Assembly: GCA_948467605.1 (NCBI GenBank)
Contig: CAOKET010000002.1
Location: 14,410-78,409, forward strand
Length of the DNA: 64,000 bases
Direction: 5' to 3'
DNA from: an uncultured Mycoplasmatota bacterium
Lineage (GTDB): Bacteria > Bacillota_I > Bacilli_A > RF39 > UBA660
The translations under genes and the position numbers were made by a program. Shown piece by piece: positions 27,026-37,102 of the stretch; the first letter of the stretch is position 1; every line of letters starts with the position of its first letter. The notes beneath the pieces are model-generated. The model had not been told where the DNA came from. It saw only the letters and a list, made by a program, of their open reading frames with translations, and did no database searches.

Positions 27026-29200
27026 ATGAATAGAAATTTATTACGTACTATTGGTATAATAAATATTATATTTGGTATAATTTTTACGCTTACTATTATT
27101 GGTTCAATTATTGGGATTCCATTAATAGTTAGTGGAGCTTTATATTTAGAATATGCATCTTTAGATGATGGAGTTCTTATTGCTAAGAGAAATTCTATAA
27201 AGGCATGGTCTATTATATTTATTTTTATTAATTTTATATCTGCTATTCTTAGTTTTTTAGCACTTAATGATATAGATAAATATATTAAAAAAGATGATTA
27301 TGATCCTAGTAGTTTTAGATTAAATTTCTTACTTAATTTAGGTATGTCTTTAATATTACTATCTGGTATTATACTTGCTAGTACATCTTGGAATTCTATA
27401 TTGGATTATGTTAAAACTATATTATTATTTTTATTTGGTATTATATTTATATTTCTTTCATTTTTATTATCAAAAAGAAAGAGTTTAAAATATACTTCTA
27501 ATACTTATTGGTTTATTGGTTGTATTATTATTGCTATTAGTTTTTATTCTTGTGGATATTTTGAAATATTTGGTTCTTATTTTTCATTAAATGGATTAGG
27601 TAGAAATTTATTTATATCTATTATTTCTTTGATAAGTACTATAATATTTTTCTTATCACATAGAAAATTTAATTCTAAATTCTTATTAGTTACTTCATTT
27701 ATTAGTTTTTTTGTTACCTTATCATATTTAATATCTTATTTTACAAATAATATACAAGTATTCTCAATAATATTTATGTTAGTATTAACTATATTTAATA
27801 TAATCAATGTTAATACTAAGGATTCTAAAAAATATTTTATGAATTTATGTAATATAATTACATGTATATATTTTATATTTATTTTTATATTAAACATCGC
27901 TACATCTGATACAATACTTATGCTTATAAATAATATTTTATATGTTTCAAATTTATTTATATTGTCTTTTAAAACTAAGTTAAAAAGGTTTAATATATTT
28001 ATTATTATTGCACTTCCAATACTTATATTACTTTATTGTTATAAATTCTTATCATTTAATGTAGCAATAATAAGTAGTTCTATAGCAATATTATTATTTT
28101 ATGGTATATCTTATATATTTAAATCTAAGAATTATATACTTGTATCTGGTATTATAATATCAAATATACTATTATTTATTAATTATATAATTTCTTATTT
28201 TAGTGATTACTTCTATTTCCCTCTTATTATATCTATTATGTTAATTCTTATTTATATTCCACTTATTTTTATAAATAACTATATGAATAAGTATTTGGGC
28301 GAAATTATTGTTCAACCAATTAAAGCACTACTTTTATGTATTTCATCTAGTTTTCTTTTAATTAATTGTGGATGGTCTTTTGGATTTATGTCTTATATAG
28401 TAGTTTGTGCTAATATATTATTTATATTTAGTTTAATAAACAGGAATAGTATATTAAGAAATATTTATTTTATATTATCTTATTCACTATTATTCATGTG
28501 TTTAATACCAATAAATATTAATATAGTATTTCGTATAAATATAGTTGTTATGTGGATACTTGGTTACTTAATAATAACTATGTTCGATAAGAATAATTGG
28601 CTAGGTCCAGTTAACTATATATTTTATTTATTTAGCTTAATAACTTTGTTCTCGCTATTTAAATATTTAAGTTTTTCTATCCAACTTTCTTTATTAAATA
28701 TACTTATATATTTATTCCTTGCTTATTTATTTAGAAATAATAGATTTAAATGTTTTACTGCACTTGTATTTCTCTTATTACCATATTACTCTTTAATAAA
28801 TATATTAGATATAAGTTCTTCTGTACTTCATATTCTTAGATTTGCACCTTACATTTTATATATATATTTATTTACATATACTATTACTAGAAAATATAAT
28901 ACTTTAAATATTATATTAGAAATCGTTGTTAGTTTACTAGTATTTATTATTCTAGTTTTTGAAGGTTCAATTGAAGTATCCATATTTGTATTGATATGTA
29001 GTATAATTATGATTATATACGATGCATTGTTTAAACATATTTCTTTGTTTATTAATGGTCTAGTAGCATTAATCCTAAATATTTTGATAAATATATTTAA
29101 GTATTGGTCTGTTATTCCAGCATGGTTATATTTACTTGTAGGCGGGATTGCTTTGATAACAATTATTACTATACAGGAGTTAAGAAAAAATAAAAATTAG
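27026..29200 (+). CDS. Very large polytopic membrane protein (724 aa, about 20 predicted TM helices), unknown function
   Basis: RBS AGGAGG. Almost entirely hydrophobic helices with short loops. Confidence 0.5.
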   Translation: MNRNLLRTIGIINIIFGIIFTLTIIGSIIGIPLIVSGALYLEYASLDDGVLIAKRNSIKAWSIIFIFINFISAILSFLALNDIDKYIKKDDYDPSSFRLNFLLNLGMSLILLSGIILASTSWNSILDYVKTILLFLFGIIFIFLSFLLSKRKSLKYTSNTYWFIGCIIIAISFYSCGYFEIFGSYFSLNGLGRNLFISIISLISTIIFFLSHRKFNSKFLLVTSFISFFVTLSYLISYFTNNIQVFSIIFMLVLTIFNIINVNTKDSKKYFMNLCNIITCIYFIFIFILNIATSDTILMLINNILYVSNLFILSFKTKLKRFNIFIIIALPILILLYCYKFLSFNVAIISSSIAILLFYGISYIFKSKNYILVSGIIISNILLFINYIISYFSDYFYFPLIISIMLILIYIPLIFINNYMNKYLGEIIVQPIKALLLCISSSFLLINCGWSFGFMSYIVVCANILFIFSLINRNSILRNIYFILSYSLLFMCLIPININIVFRINIVVMWILGYLIITMFDKNNWLGPVNYIFYLFSLITLFSLFKYLSFSIQLSLLNILIYLFLAYLFRNNRFKCFTALVFLLLPYYSLINILDISSSVLHILRFAPYILYIYLFTYTITRKYNTLNIILEIVVSLLVFIILVFEGSIEVSIFVLICSIIMIIYDALFKHISLFINGLVALILNILINIFKYWSVIPAWLYLLVGGIALITIITIQELRKNKN

Positions 29201-30960
29201 TTATTTTTTCTTTTTTCTTCTTTTATGCCAAATGACAGGCAAAATATAAATGGATATATATTTATAAATGGTAAACAGTATCTACATATTGATTTTGGTA
29301 AACTAATAAATAGTAAAGCATACCAAAACAATATAAATAATATAGGTAATAAAAGGTTATATTTTCTTTTGTTTATGAGTATTAATACTGAAAAAAGTAG
29401 CATAAATAAAGGAAAGGCACCTCTTGTTCTTAAATCAAATAATACACTTTTTAATCCAAAATTCACAATATTGTCTACAATACTATTTAATTTAGTTTCT
29501 TTATACATAATAGTAGTTTGTTTTAAACAATAGTTATATGCATTGGGTTCCCATGAATATTTATATAGATAAGTAAAATACTCATTATTGTCATTTTCTA
29601 TTTTCCATAAAATATTACTCAAATCAAATAAAGATCTCATATAAAATATTGGTTTTTTTATAAACAAACTTAAGTTAATACCAATTAGACCACTATAATT
29701 AAATGTTTTACTTTTTCCTCCAGATAAATAAAATAATTTTTCATCATTTATTCTTGCTAATGCATCTCCATCATTCTTTTTAAAACTAGTTGCCATATAT
29801 TCTATAGGTAAATATTGTTCTAAATATTCTTTTTCAATGTCACTAAACTCATATCCAGAATTAGCAAAAGCACCTATTTGATAAATTGGAACAGTATATG
29901 GAACGCTCTTAAAATATGTATCAGAATGCAAAATATTAAATCCAATGTAGTTTATAATAGAATATGTACTTACAAAACCTATTACTACAATTCCAATATA
30001 TATCAATTCAAAGTATTGCTTTTTCTTTAAAATAATTATGAATAAACTTAGGAATATGAGTATTAATAAGTAAAGTGTTCCATGTCTAAATAAAATCATA
30101 ATTATTGAAAATATTACCATATTTATAACTATTTTTTTTGTAAATTTTTTTATTGTAAAGTACTCTACCATTGTTAAAATAAAAATACAAAAGCCTAGTG
30201 AAAATAATGTATCTTTTAAAATATACCTTAATTGATCAAATCCTACTATTGTAAATATATTTATACAAAGGAATAAAATCAAAATATTTTTATTTTTTGT
30301 TTGTCGTTCTAAAATTTCAAGAGAATAATTACAAAAGTAAAGATAGAGTATAAAATTTAATATAATTACTAAATATGTATTATTAAATACAATTTTACAA
30401 AAATGAATTAGCATTCCAAACCCAAACGTATGCCAATTGCTCCACCAGCCATCATTACCTAAGTGCCATATGTCTGGAAAATCAACATCATAAAAACCAG
30501 TTGATGTACTTGCAATAAAAAGCAAACTAATAATAGTAATTATTGACATTATTATTACTCTAATTTTTTTATTGTTAGTACTTTCTTTAAATTCATATGA
30601 AAAAATTGATACAAATATATAGAATAAAGATAAAAATAAAGATGATAAAAAAATAGTTTTAAACATTATATTAAATAAAGTTATGTTGTTTGAGAATTTA
30701 TTTAAGCATGAAGTGATAGGTAACATTATAAAAAATAATACACATAATGATATTGACATTACTACTATTTTTCTATTTAATTTTATATTCATAATAAAAG
30801 ACCTTTTTATAACTAAAAAAAGTTCAAATATAGCAATAATAAGTAATGGCAAAAATATTAATTCATTAGATATATTATGTAAATTAAATAAACAAAAAAC
30901 GATTGAAATAACATTAATTATTAATAATATATAATAAAAACTTTTTTTCACTACTATCAC
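29197..30960 (-). CDS. Polytopic membrane protein with a C-terminal extracytoplasmic domain (GT-C/YfhO-like topology; function unknown)
   Basis: 587 aa. Multiple N-terminal TM helices, a roughly 170-aa soluble segment, then further TM helices. It converges on the preceding gene with a 4-bp overlap. Confidence 0.4.
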   Translation of the reverse strand: MIVVKKSFYYILLIINVISIVFCLFNLHNISNELIFLPLLIIAIFELFLVIKRSFIMNIKLNRKIVVMSISLCVLFFIMLPITSCLNKFSNNITLFNIMFKTIFLSSLFLSLFYIFVSIFSYEFKESTNNKKIRVIIMSIITIISLLFIASTSTGFYDVDFPDIWHLGNDGWWSNWHTFGFGMLIHFCKIVFNNTYLVIILNFILYLYFCNYSLEILERQTKNKNILILFLCINIFTIVGFDQLRYILKDTLFSLGFCIFILTMVEYFTIKKFTKKIVINMVIFSIIMILFRHGTLYLLILIFLSLFIIILKKKQYFELIYIGIVVIGFVSTYSIINYIGFNILHSDTYFKSVPYTVPIYQIGAFANSGYEFSDIEKEYLEQYLPIEYMATSFKKNDGDALARINDEKLFYLSGGKSKTFNYSGLIGINLSLFIKKPIFYMRSLFDLSNILWKIENDNNEYFTYLYKYSWEPNAYNYCLKQTTIMYKETKLNSIVDNIVNFGLKSVLFDLRTRGAFPLFMLLFSVLILINKRKYNLLLPILFILFWYALLFISLPKSICRYCLPFINIYPFIFCLSFGIKEEKRKNN

Positions 30961-31026
30961 CTATTAGTATTATATAAAATTAATTATTAGTAGTAAATCA
31001 ATTTTTGTTTATTATATCAATTATTT

Positions 31027-31722
31027 ATGTTAATATTATTATATGGTGATTTTATGAATATTAATAAAAAAATAAAGGCAGTATTAGTTATATTACTATA
31101 TTTCTTATATACGTCTGGTTTATATATGATACCTATATATATATCTGGTGTATCTGTTGCTGTATTTGATAAATTTTGGTTGTGTGTGTATTTTTTTACT
31201 GCAGATATTCTTCTTATGTGTATTCTTGGTATTATATATAATAAGGAAGTTATAAATGGGTTTAAGTCTCTTACACTTCCAAAAATAGAATTTGGCGTTA
31301 AGGTATGGATTATTGGGATGATTATAATGGGTATTAGTAATATGCTTATATCTAATTTTAGTCCTGTTACTGTTGCTGGAAATGAAGAAAGTGTAAAAAA
31401 TGCTTTATCAATATTACCTATTTATATGGCATTTTCTACTGTACTTTATGCTCCTTTTGTCGAAGAAATTGTATTTAGACAAACTCTAAGAGATATATTT
31501 AAAAATAATACACTTTTTATAATTTGTGCTGGATTATTATTTGGTGGTATACATATAATGGACTTTTATACCTCATATTATGATTTATTATTTGTAATAC
31601 CATATGGCGCGCTTGGTGTTTGTTTTGCATACATATATTCTAAGACTAATAATTTAACTATATCAATGATATTACACGCTATTCATAATGGGCTTTTAGT
31701 TGTTTTATTCTTCTTATTTTAG
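31027..31722 (+). CDS. CPBP-family intramembrane metalloprotease (CAAX protease / Abi bacteriocin self-immunity family)
   Basis: Motif 1 EExxxR (PFVEEIVFRQ), motif 2 FxxxH (LLFGGIHIM), motif 3 HxxxN (HAIHNGL). The start may be the internal MNINKK. Confidence 0.75.
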   Translation: MLILLYGDFMNINKKIKAVLVILLYFLYTSGLYMIPIYISGVSVAVFDKFWLCVYFFTADILLMCILGIIYNKEVINGFKSLTLPKIEFGVKVWIIGMIIMGISNMLISNFSPVTVAGNEESVKNALSILPIYMAFSTVLYAPFVEEIVFRQTLRDIFKNNTLFIICAGLLFGGIHIMDFYTSYYDLLFVIPYGALGVCFAYIYSKTNNLTISMILHAIHNGLLVVLFFLF

Positions 31723-31731
31723 GAGGTATTA

Positions 31732-32577
31732 ATGAAAAAGATTATTATTACAATAGTTATTACAATTATATTAATAACTAGTATATTATTATGGAGCAGA
31801 TATATAAGTACTAGTGGTTTAATTGTAAAAGAATATAAAATAGAAAGTAATAAATTACCTCAAAGTTTTCATGGGTTAAAGTTAGTTCATTTTTCTGACT
31901 TACATTATGGTAGAACAGTTCATGAGAAAGAATTAAAGGATATTGTAAATAAGATTAACTATTTAAAACCTGATATTGTAGTTTTTACTGGTGATTTAAT
32001 TGATAATGACACGGTTACTACTCCTGAGGTTAGTAATATATTAAAAAAATACTTAAGTATGATTGATGTTAAAATAGATAAATACGCTGTTGTTGGAAAT
32101 CATGACTATAAGAATAATTACTATACTAGTATTATAGAAGAAAGTGGTTTTATATTACTTAATAATAATTATGATATTGTATATAACGGAAATTATAAGC
32201 CTATATTTATTGGTGGTATTGGAAATTATACTTATGGTAAAAGTGATATTTCTTCTACTATGAGTTATTTCAATAATGAGAATAATGATTTATATAAAAT
32301 AATTCTAGTACATGAACCTGATATATTAGATGAATTAACTAATTATAATATAGATTTAGTACTTGCAGGACATTCTCATAATGGACAAGTAAGATTACCT
32401 TTTATTGGTGTGGTAGTTAAACCAGTTTTTGCTGAAAAATATTATGATGAATATTATAAAGTTAAAAATACTAATTTATACATATCAAGTGGTATTGGTA
32501 CTTCTACTATAAACTTTAGATTTCTTAATAAACCATCTATTAATTTTTATAGATTTGTAAAAACAAAAGTGGAATAA
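31732..32577 (+). CDS. Calcineurin-like metallophosphoesterase (YkuE-like), membrane-anchored
   Basis: GDLID, GNHD, GHSHNGQ metal-binding motifs. N-terminal TM. RBS AGGAGG. Confidence 0.8.
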   Translation: MKKIIITIVITIILITSILLWSRYISTSGLIVKEYKIESNKLPQSFHGLKLVHFSDLHYGRTVHEKELKDIVNKINYLKPDIVVFTGDLIDNDTVTTPEVSNILKKYLSMIDVKIDKYAVVGNHDYKNNYYTSIIEESGFILLNNNYDIVYNGNYKPIFIGGIGNYTYGKSDISSTMSYFNNENNDLYKIILVHEPDILDELTNYNIDLVLAGHSHNGQVRLPFIGVVVKPVFAEKYYDEYYKVKNTNLYISSGIGTSTINFRFLNKPSINFYRFVKTKVE

Positions 32578-32596
32578 TTACTCCACTTTTATTTTT
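32568..32596. terminator. Bidirectional intrinsic terminator between convergent genes
   Basis: AGTGGA-ataattac-TCCACT hairpin with T-runs on both strands. Confidence 0.45.
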
Positions 32597-33633
32597 GCAC
32601 ATATTATTGAATTTATATTTTCTATTAATTCACTGTTTATTATTTTACTAGATATTTCATCATCATATAAAAATATACCTATTACTTTTACCCGTATACT
32701 TTCTATGTTATCTTTTAATTCTATTATTTCATTTAATTTTGGTTCTACTGTCATTACAAGTATATCTTTTAATCCTTCTTTTACATCTTTAATATCATTT
32801 ACTAAATATATTTTTCTGTCATATTCATCTAAAAATGAATATCTTTTTTTATCTTTATGGTATCCCACTATTGTATTAATATTTACATTTTCAGCAGATG
32901 TAAATATATTTCTATCTATATTTTTATTATTAAAACTTTTAATTAGTTGCTTCATTTCTTTTCTTTTTGAAATATTTTCTTTATTGGTTTCTATATTTTC
33001 AGTAAATTTACATGCACAGTTTAGAAAGGTTAATTCATTGTTGTTTTTCCAAGCAATTATTGATTGTTCTCTTACTAGATATAAAGGCCTTATAAGTTCC
33101 ATTCCCTCAAAATTATCACTATGTAGTTTGGGCATCATTGTTTTAAACTCTGCACCATAAAATATACTTAATAGTATTGTTTCTATTACATCATCATAGT
33201 GATGACCAAGTGCTATTTTATTGCATCCTAATTCTTTTGCCTTACTATATAAATATCCACGCCTCATTCTTGCACATAAATAACAGGGATTGCCAGTTGT
33301 TAGTGTAGTTACTACACCAAATATATTTGATTCAAATATTTTAATTGGTATATTTAGAACTCTTGCATTCTCTTCAATTAAATCTCTATTTCTTTTTGTA
33401 TATCCTGGATCCATTACTATAAATTCTAAATCAAAATTCACTCTACCATGCCTTTTTAATTCTTGCATGCATTTTGCAAGTAAAAATGAATCTTTTCCAC
33501 CAGACATACATACTGCTATTTTATCATTTTCTTCAATTAGTTTATAATTATCTATGGCTCTTACAAATTTACTCCATATTTCTTTTCTATATTTTTTTAT
33601 TATACTTTTTTCTATTTCTCTATATTTTTCCAT
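32578..33633 (-). CDS. PP-loop ATPase of the TtcA/tRNA-thiolation family with a C-terminal extension
   Basis: PP-loop CMSGGKDS, plus CYLCARMRRG (CxxC) and NCACKF cysteine motifs. 351 aa, about 60-80 aa longer than typical TtcA. Confidence 0.7.
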   Translation of the reverse strand: MEKYREIEKSIIKKYRKEIWSKFVRAIDNYKLIEENDKIAVCMSGGKDSFLLAKCMQELKRHGRVNFDLEFIVMDPGYTKRNRDLIEENARVLNIPIKIFESNIFGVVTTLTTGNPCYLCARMRRGYLYSKAKELGCNKIALGHHYDDVIETILLSIFYGAEFKTMMPKLHSDNFEGMELIRPLYLVREQSIIAWKNNNELTFLNCACKFTENIETNKENISKRKEMKQLIKSFNNKNIDRNIFTSAENVNINTIVGYHKDKKRYSFLDEYDRKIYLVNDIKDVKEGLKDILVMTVEPKLNEIIELKDNIESIRVKVIGIFLYDDEISSKIINSELIENINSIICAKIKVE

Positions 33634-33660
33634 AATATCACCATTAATTTATATATAGTT

Positions 33661-33685
33661 AAACAACACTTATAAAGTGTTGTTG
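33661..33685. repeat. Perfect 11-bp inverted repeat (AACAACACTTT-ata-AAAGTGTTGTT)
   Basis: Read directly from the sequence. Lies between two minus-strand genes (ttcA-like upstream, glucosaminidase downstream). Could be a terminator or an operator. Confidence 0.5.
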
Positions 33686-33687
33686 TA

Positions 33688-34335
33688 TTATTTTGCCTTT
33701 ATTTGTTCTATATACGCATTTACCTTCGTTGCCCATGTAGTACTTGCTGCATATTTCCTATTCATTGCCTCTGGTGTTGTTAGGCCATATGCATAGTAAT
33801 TCTTTGCAAGATTGTCTATAAATCCTTTTATTCCAAGTTCTAGTGAATCAAATCGTTTATATGAACCATTCCCACAACTTGGTGACCCCTTTTGCCCTCC
33901 TACATTATTACATGACTTTACTAACTTACTACACTCCCATTTACATCCTGTTTCGTGTAACATTATTGCAACGGCAAGATATGGATCAACACCTTTTTCT
34001 AAAGCATATGATGCGATTAAATATCCTTGGTTTGATATGGTAGAGTTTAATGATCTATTAAGTTTATCTGCTAGTTCATTCAAAGTTAAATCATTGTAAA
34101 CCTTTTCTTCTGCTATTACTGGTTTAAGTTCTTCTGCGCTTACTAATTCTTTAGCCTTGCCCTGTGTTTTACTTACACTTATTATATTTTCTTCCTTAGG
34201 AGTTTTATTTATTACTACATTTAATACATTACCTAATATATAACTTGTTAATACTGCAATTAAAAGAATTATTATTCTTGTTTTATCTTTCAAGTATTTC
34301 ACCTCGTCTTTTTTTGACAAATATAGTTGTACCAT
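33688..34335 (-). CDS. Membrane-anchored glucosaminidase-domain peptidoglycan hydrolase (LytD/FlgJ-like)
   Basis: IASYALEKGVDPYLAVAIMLHETG...NNVGGQKG fits the mannosyl-glycoprotein endo-beta-N-acetylglucosaminidase domain. N-terminal TM. Confidence 0.6.
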   Translation of the reverse strand: MVQLYLSKKDEVKYLKDKTRIIILLIAVLTSYILGNVLNVVINKTPKEENIISVSKTQGKAKELVSAEELKPVIAEEKVYNDLTLNELADKLNRSLNSTISNQGYLIASYALEKGVDPYLAVAIMLHETGCKWECSKLVKSCNNVGGQKGSPSCGNGSYKRFDSLELGIKGFIDNLAKNYYAYGLTTPEAMNRKYAASTTWATKVNAYIEQIKAK

Positions 34336-34461
34336 ATTTTACTATTTATGTCAAATTTCACTACTATTTATACATTAAAAACAATTATAATATGAGTACT
34401 AATCACTCCTAAATTATTACAAAATAAAAGAATTGATCTATAGAGTTTCAATTCTCACCTT

Positions 34462-34977
34462 TTATTTTCTAGTTAAAGTTTTAACTGGTCCAGTATATTC
34501 TATTTTTCCAGTTAATTCCCAACCATCATTTAAATACATTTTAATAACCTCATCACTTTTAAAAGTAACAATCTTATTAAGGATAGTTTCTACACTTCCA
34601 TCTTTATAATGTGCAATACAACATGGTTCTATTCTAACCAATTCATGTTGATGTTCTCCTTCTATATCACATTCAAATCTAGTATCATAGTTAAGAACTC
34701 CTCCAGTTATTACATAATCGTTATCCAAGTATTTTTGAATATTTTCATCACTTGCCCAAACCACACAATTTTCTTTTTCACTTCCATCTGCATTAAGTAC
34801 TGTCTTAACTAACTCATGTTTATGTGCCTTTTTTATATCACATTCAGGAGTAATGCTGCTACTATTATTAGCATTTTCTATTTGCGCTGCAATTGATCCA
34901 CCTTCTATACCTGCCAAAATTCCTATAGAACACATTGCTAAATATTTTTTTGCTTTTTCCCTTAATCTACTTTCCAT
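34462..34977 (-). CDS. Secreted/lipo-protein with two internally duplicated Cys-containing domains
   Basis: Signal peptide. The repeats ECDIKKAHKHELVKTVL... and ECDIEGEHQHELVRIEPCC... are visible by eye. Confidence 0.45.
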   Translation of the reverse strand: MESRLREKAKKYLAMCSIGILAGIEGGSIAAQIENANNSSSITPECDIKKAHKHELVKTVLNADGSEKENCVVWASDENIQKYLDNDYVITGGVLNYDTRFECDIEGEHQHELVRIEPCCIAHYKDGSVETILNKIVTFKSDEVIKMYLNDGWELTGKIEYTGPVKTLTRK

Positions 34978-35063
34978 TTTATAATCCCCCTTTCAAATTT
35001 TATGTGTATTATAATATAACTATTTATAATTTTTGTCAATAATACTAATTTATAAATATAAGT

Positions 35064-36335
35064 TTATAAACTAGTTCTTATTAATCTGTCTACTGCCTTC
35101 ATAACACCCAATTTACCATATTCATATGTTAACCCGCCTTGTTGATAAGCAATATAAGGAGGTCTTATTGGACCATCGCATGAAAGTTCTATTGATGAGC
35201 CTTGTGTAAATGTACCTGCAGCCATTATTACTTGGTCTTGATAACCAGGCATATCCCAAGGAATTGGTACTACAAATGAATCAATTGGAGATGCCATTTG
35301 GATTCCTTGGCAGTAACTAATAAGTTTATCCTTATCATTAAATTCTATATTTTGTACAATATCAACTCTTTGATCATTCCATTTTGGTTCTACTTTATAA
35401 CCTAGATCTTCTAGTACTTTACTTGTTAATATCGCAGTTTTTAGGCTACTTGCTACTGCATTTGGTGCCATAAATAATCCTTGTAGTAACGATTTATTCA
35501 CACCTAATGATGGTCCAACTTCTTTTCCTTCACCTGGAACGGTTAATCTTTCTGAACATAGTTCTATTAAATCTCTTCTACCTGAAATATAAGCGCCATT
35601 TGGTGCGATTCCCCCACCTAAATTTTTAATTAATGAGCCAACTATTATATCTGCGCCTACTTCAAGTGGAGACTCTTTTGATACAAATTCACAGTAACAA
35701 TTATCTATCATTATTATTACATCTTTATCTACACTTCTAATTACTTCTATAACATTTTTTATTTTTTCTATACTTATACTTTTTCTTGTTGAATATCCTT
35801 TTGAACGTTGTATTTCAATTAGTTTTATTTTTTTTGATTTTAACGTTTCCTTAATTTTTTCGTAATCAAATTCATCATTTATTAAATCTATTTGTTCATA
35901 GTTTATTTCATATGATTTTAATGAACTATTATTTTCTGTTATTCCTATTACCTCATCTAGTGTATCATATGGTTTACCAGTTATACTTAACATTGTATCA
36001 TTTGGACGAAGAAGTGCGAATAATGCTACTGTAAGAGCATGTGTTCCTGATATAAATTGGTTTCTAACTAAACTATCTTCTGCACCTAAAACGTAGGAAA
36101 ATATGTGTTCTATTGTTTCTCTTCCTATATCATTATATCCATATCCAGTTGTAGATGAAAAATGATTTTCTGACACTTCATATTTATTAAATGCGCTTAA
36201 TACCTTTAAACTATTGTATTCGCATAACTCATCTATTTCCTTAAATTTATTCTTTAATTCTTCCTCCGACTTTTTTATTAATTCTATAGTATTATTACTT
36301 ATTCCTAGTTGATTATACATATTAATATCCTCCAT
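35064..36335 (-). CDS. PLP-dependent enzyme of the methionine-gamma-lyase-like 'aluminium resistance' (YnbB) family
   Basis: 423 aa. The N-terminal STTGYGYND...ISGTHAL pattern and a PLP-lysine region are typical of this Firmicute family. Confidence 0.7.
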   Translation of the reverse strand: MEDINMYNQLGISNNTIELIKKSEEELKNKFKEIDELCEYNSLKVLSAFNKYEVSENHFSSTTGYGYNDIGRETIEHIFSYVLGAEDSLVRNQFISGTHALTVALFALLRPNDTMLSITGKPYDTLDEVIGITENNSSLKSYEINYEQIDLINDEFDYEKIKETLKSKKIKLIEIQRSKGYSTRKSISIEKIKNVIEVIRSVDKDVIIMIDNCYCEFVSKESPLEVGADIIVGSLIKNLGGGIAPNGAYISGRRDLIELCSERLTVPGEGKEVGPSLGVNKSLLQGLFMAPNAVASSLKTAILTSKVLEDLGYKVEPKWNDQRVDIVQNIEFNDKDKLISYCQGIQMASPIDSFVVPIPWDMPGYQDQVIMAAGTFTQGSSIELSCDGPIRPPYIAYQQGGLTYEYGKLGVMKAVDRLIRTSL

Positions 36336-37050
36336 CTACTCTAATAATTTCTCCATTTATATAACTTGCTTCATCACTTGCTAAAAAGAACACTACATTT
36401 GCAATTTCTTCTGGCTTTGCAAATCGTTTTAAGAATATTTTTTCCTGTTCTTCCATAATAAATTCTTCATCTAAATCCTTAGTCATTTCTGTTTCTACCC
36501 AACCAGATGCGATTGCATTTACATTTATATATGGCGCGTATTGTAATGCTAGATTATGAGTTAGCGATATCATTCCTGCCTTTGATGCATCATAATCTAT
36601 ACTCATTGGATAAAATGTATCAATTCCATTAGTTGATGATATATTTATTATTTTACCTGACCTTTCTTTTAACATATATTCTCCAACATATTTACTTACA
36701 AGAAATGCCCCAACTAAGTTAACATCTAGGATTTTTCTAAAGTTTTCTGCTGTCTTATCTTCAAATAAAGTATCTATTGCTATACCAGCGTTATTTACTA
36801 AGCAATCAATACTACCAAATTCTTTTATTGATTGCTCTACCATTTGTTTTACTTCTTCTTCTTTAGCCACATCACATTTTATTGTAATTGCTTTTACATT
36901 GTATTTAGTTTCTATATCATTTTTTATTCTAAGTGCATTTTTAAAATCTGTATTATAATTAATTATTACATTGTAGTTTTTACTTGCAAATTTATATGCG
37001 ATTTGTTCTCCTATACCTTTACTAGCACCTGTTACTAATACTGTTTTCAT
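36322..37050 (-). CDS. Short-chain dehydrogenase/reductase (FabG-like 3-oxoacyl reductase)
   Basis: TGASKGIG, NNAG, and the catalytic YDASKAG (YxxxK). Confidence 0.8.
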   Translation of the reverse strand: MKTVLVTGASKGIGEQIAYKFASKNYNVIINYNTDFKNALRIKNDIETKYNVKAITIKCDVAKEEEVKQMVEQSIKEFGSIDCLVNNAGIAIDTLFEDKTAENFRKILDVNLVGAFLVSKYVGEYMLKERSGKIINISSTNGIDTFYPMSIDYDASKAGMISLTHNLALQYAPYINVNAIASGWVETEMTKDLDEEFIMEEQEKIFLKRFAKPEEIANVVFFLASDEASYINGEIIRVDGGY

Positions 37051-37102
37051 GTTATTACTATCACGCTCTTTTCTGTTGTTATTATATCACAAAAGACATA
37101 TA

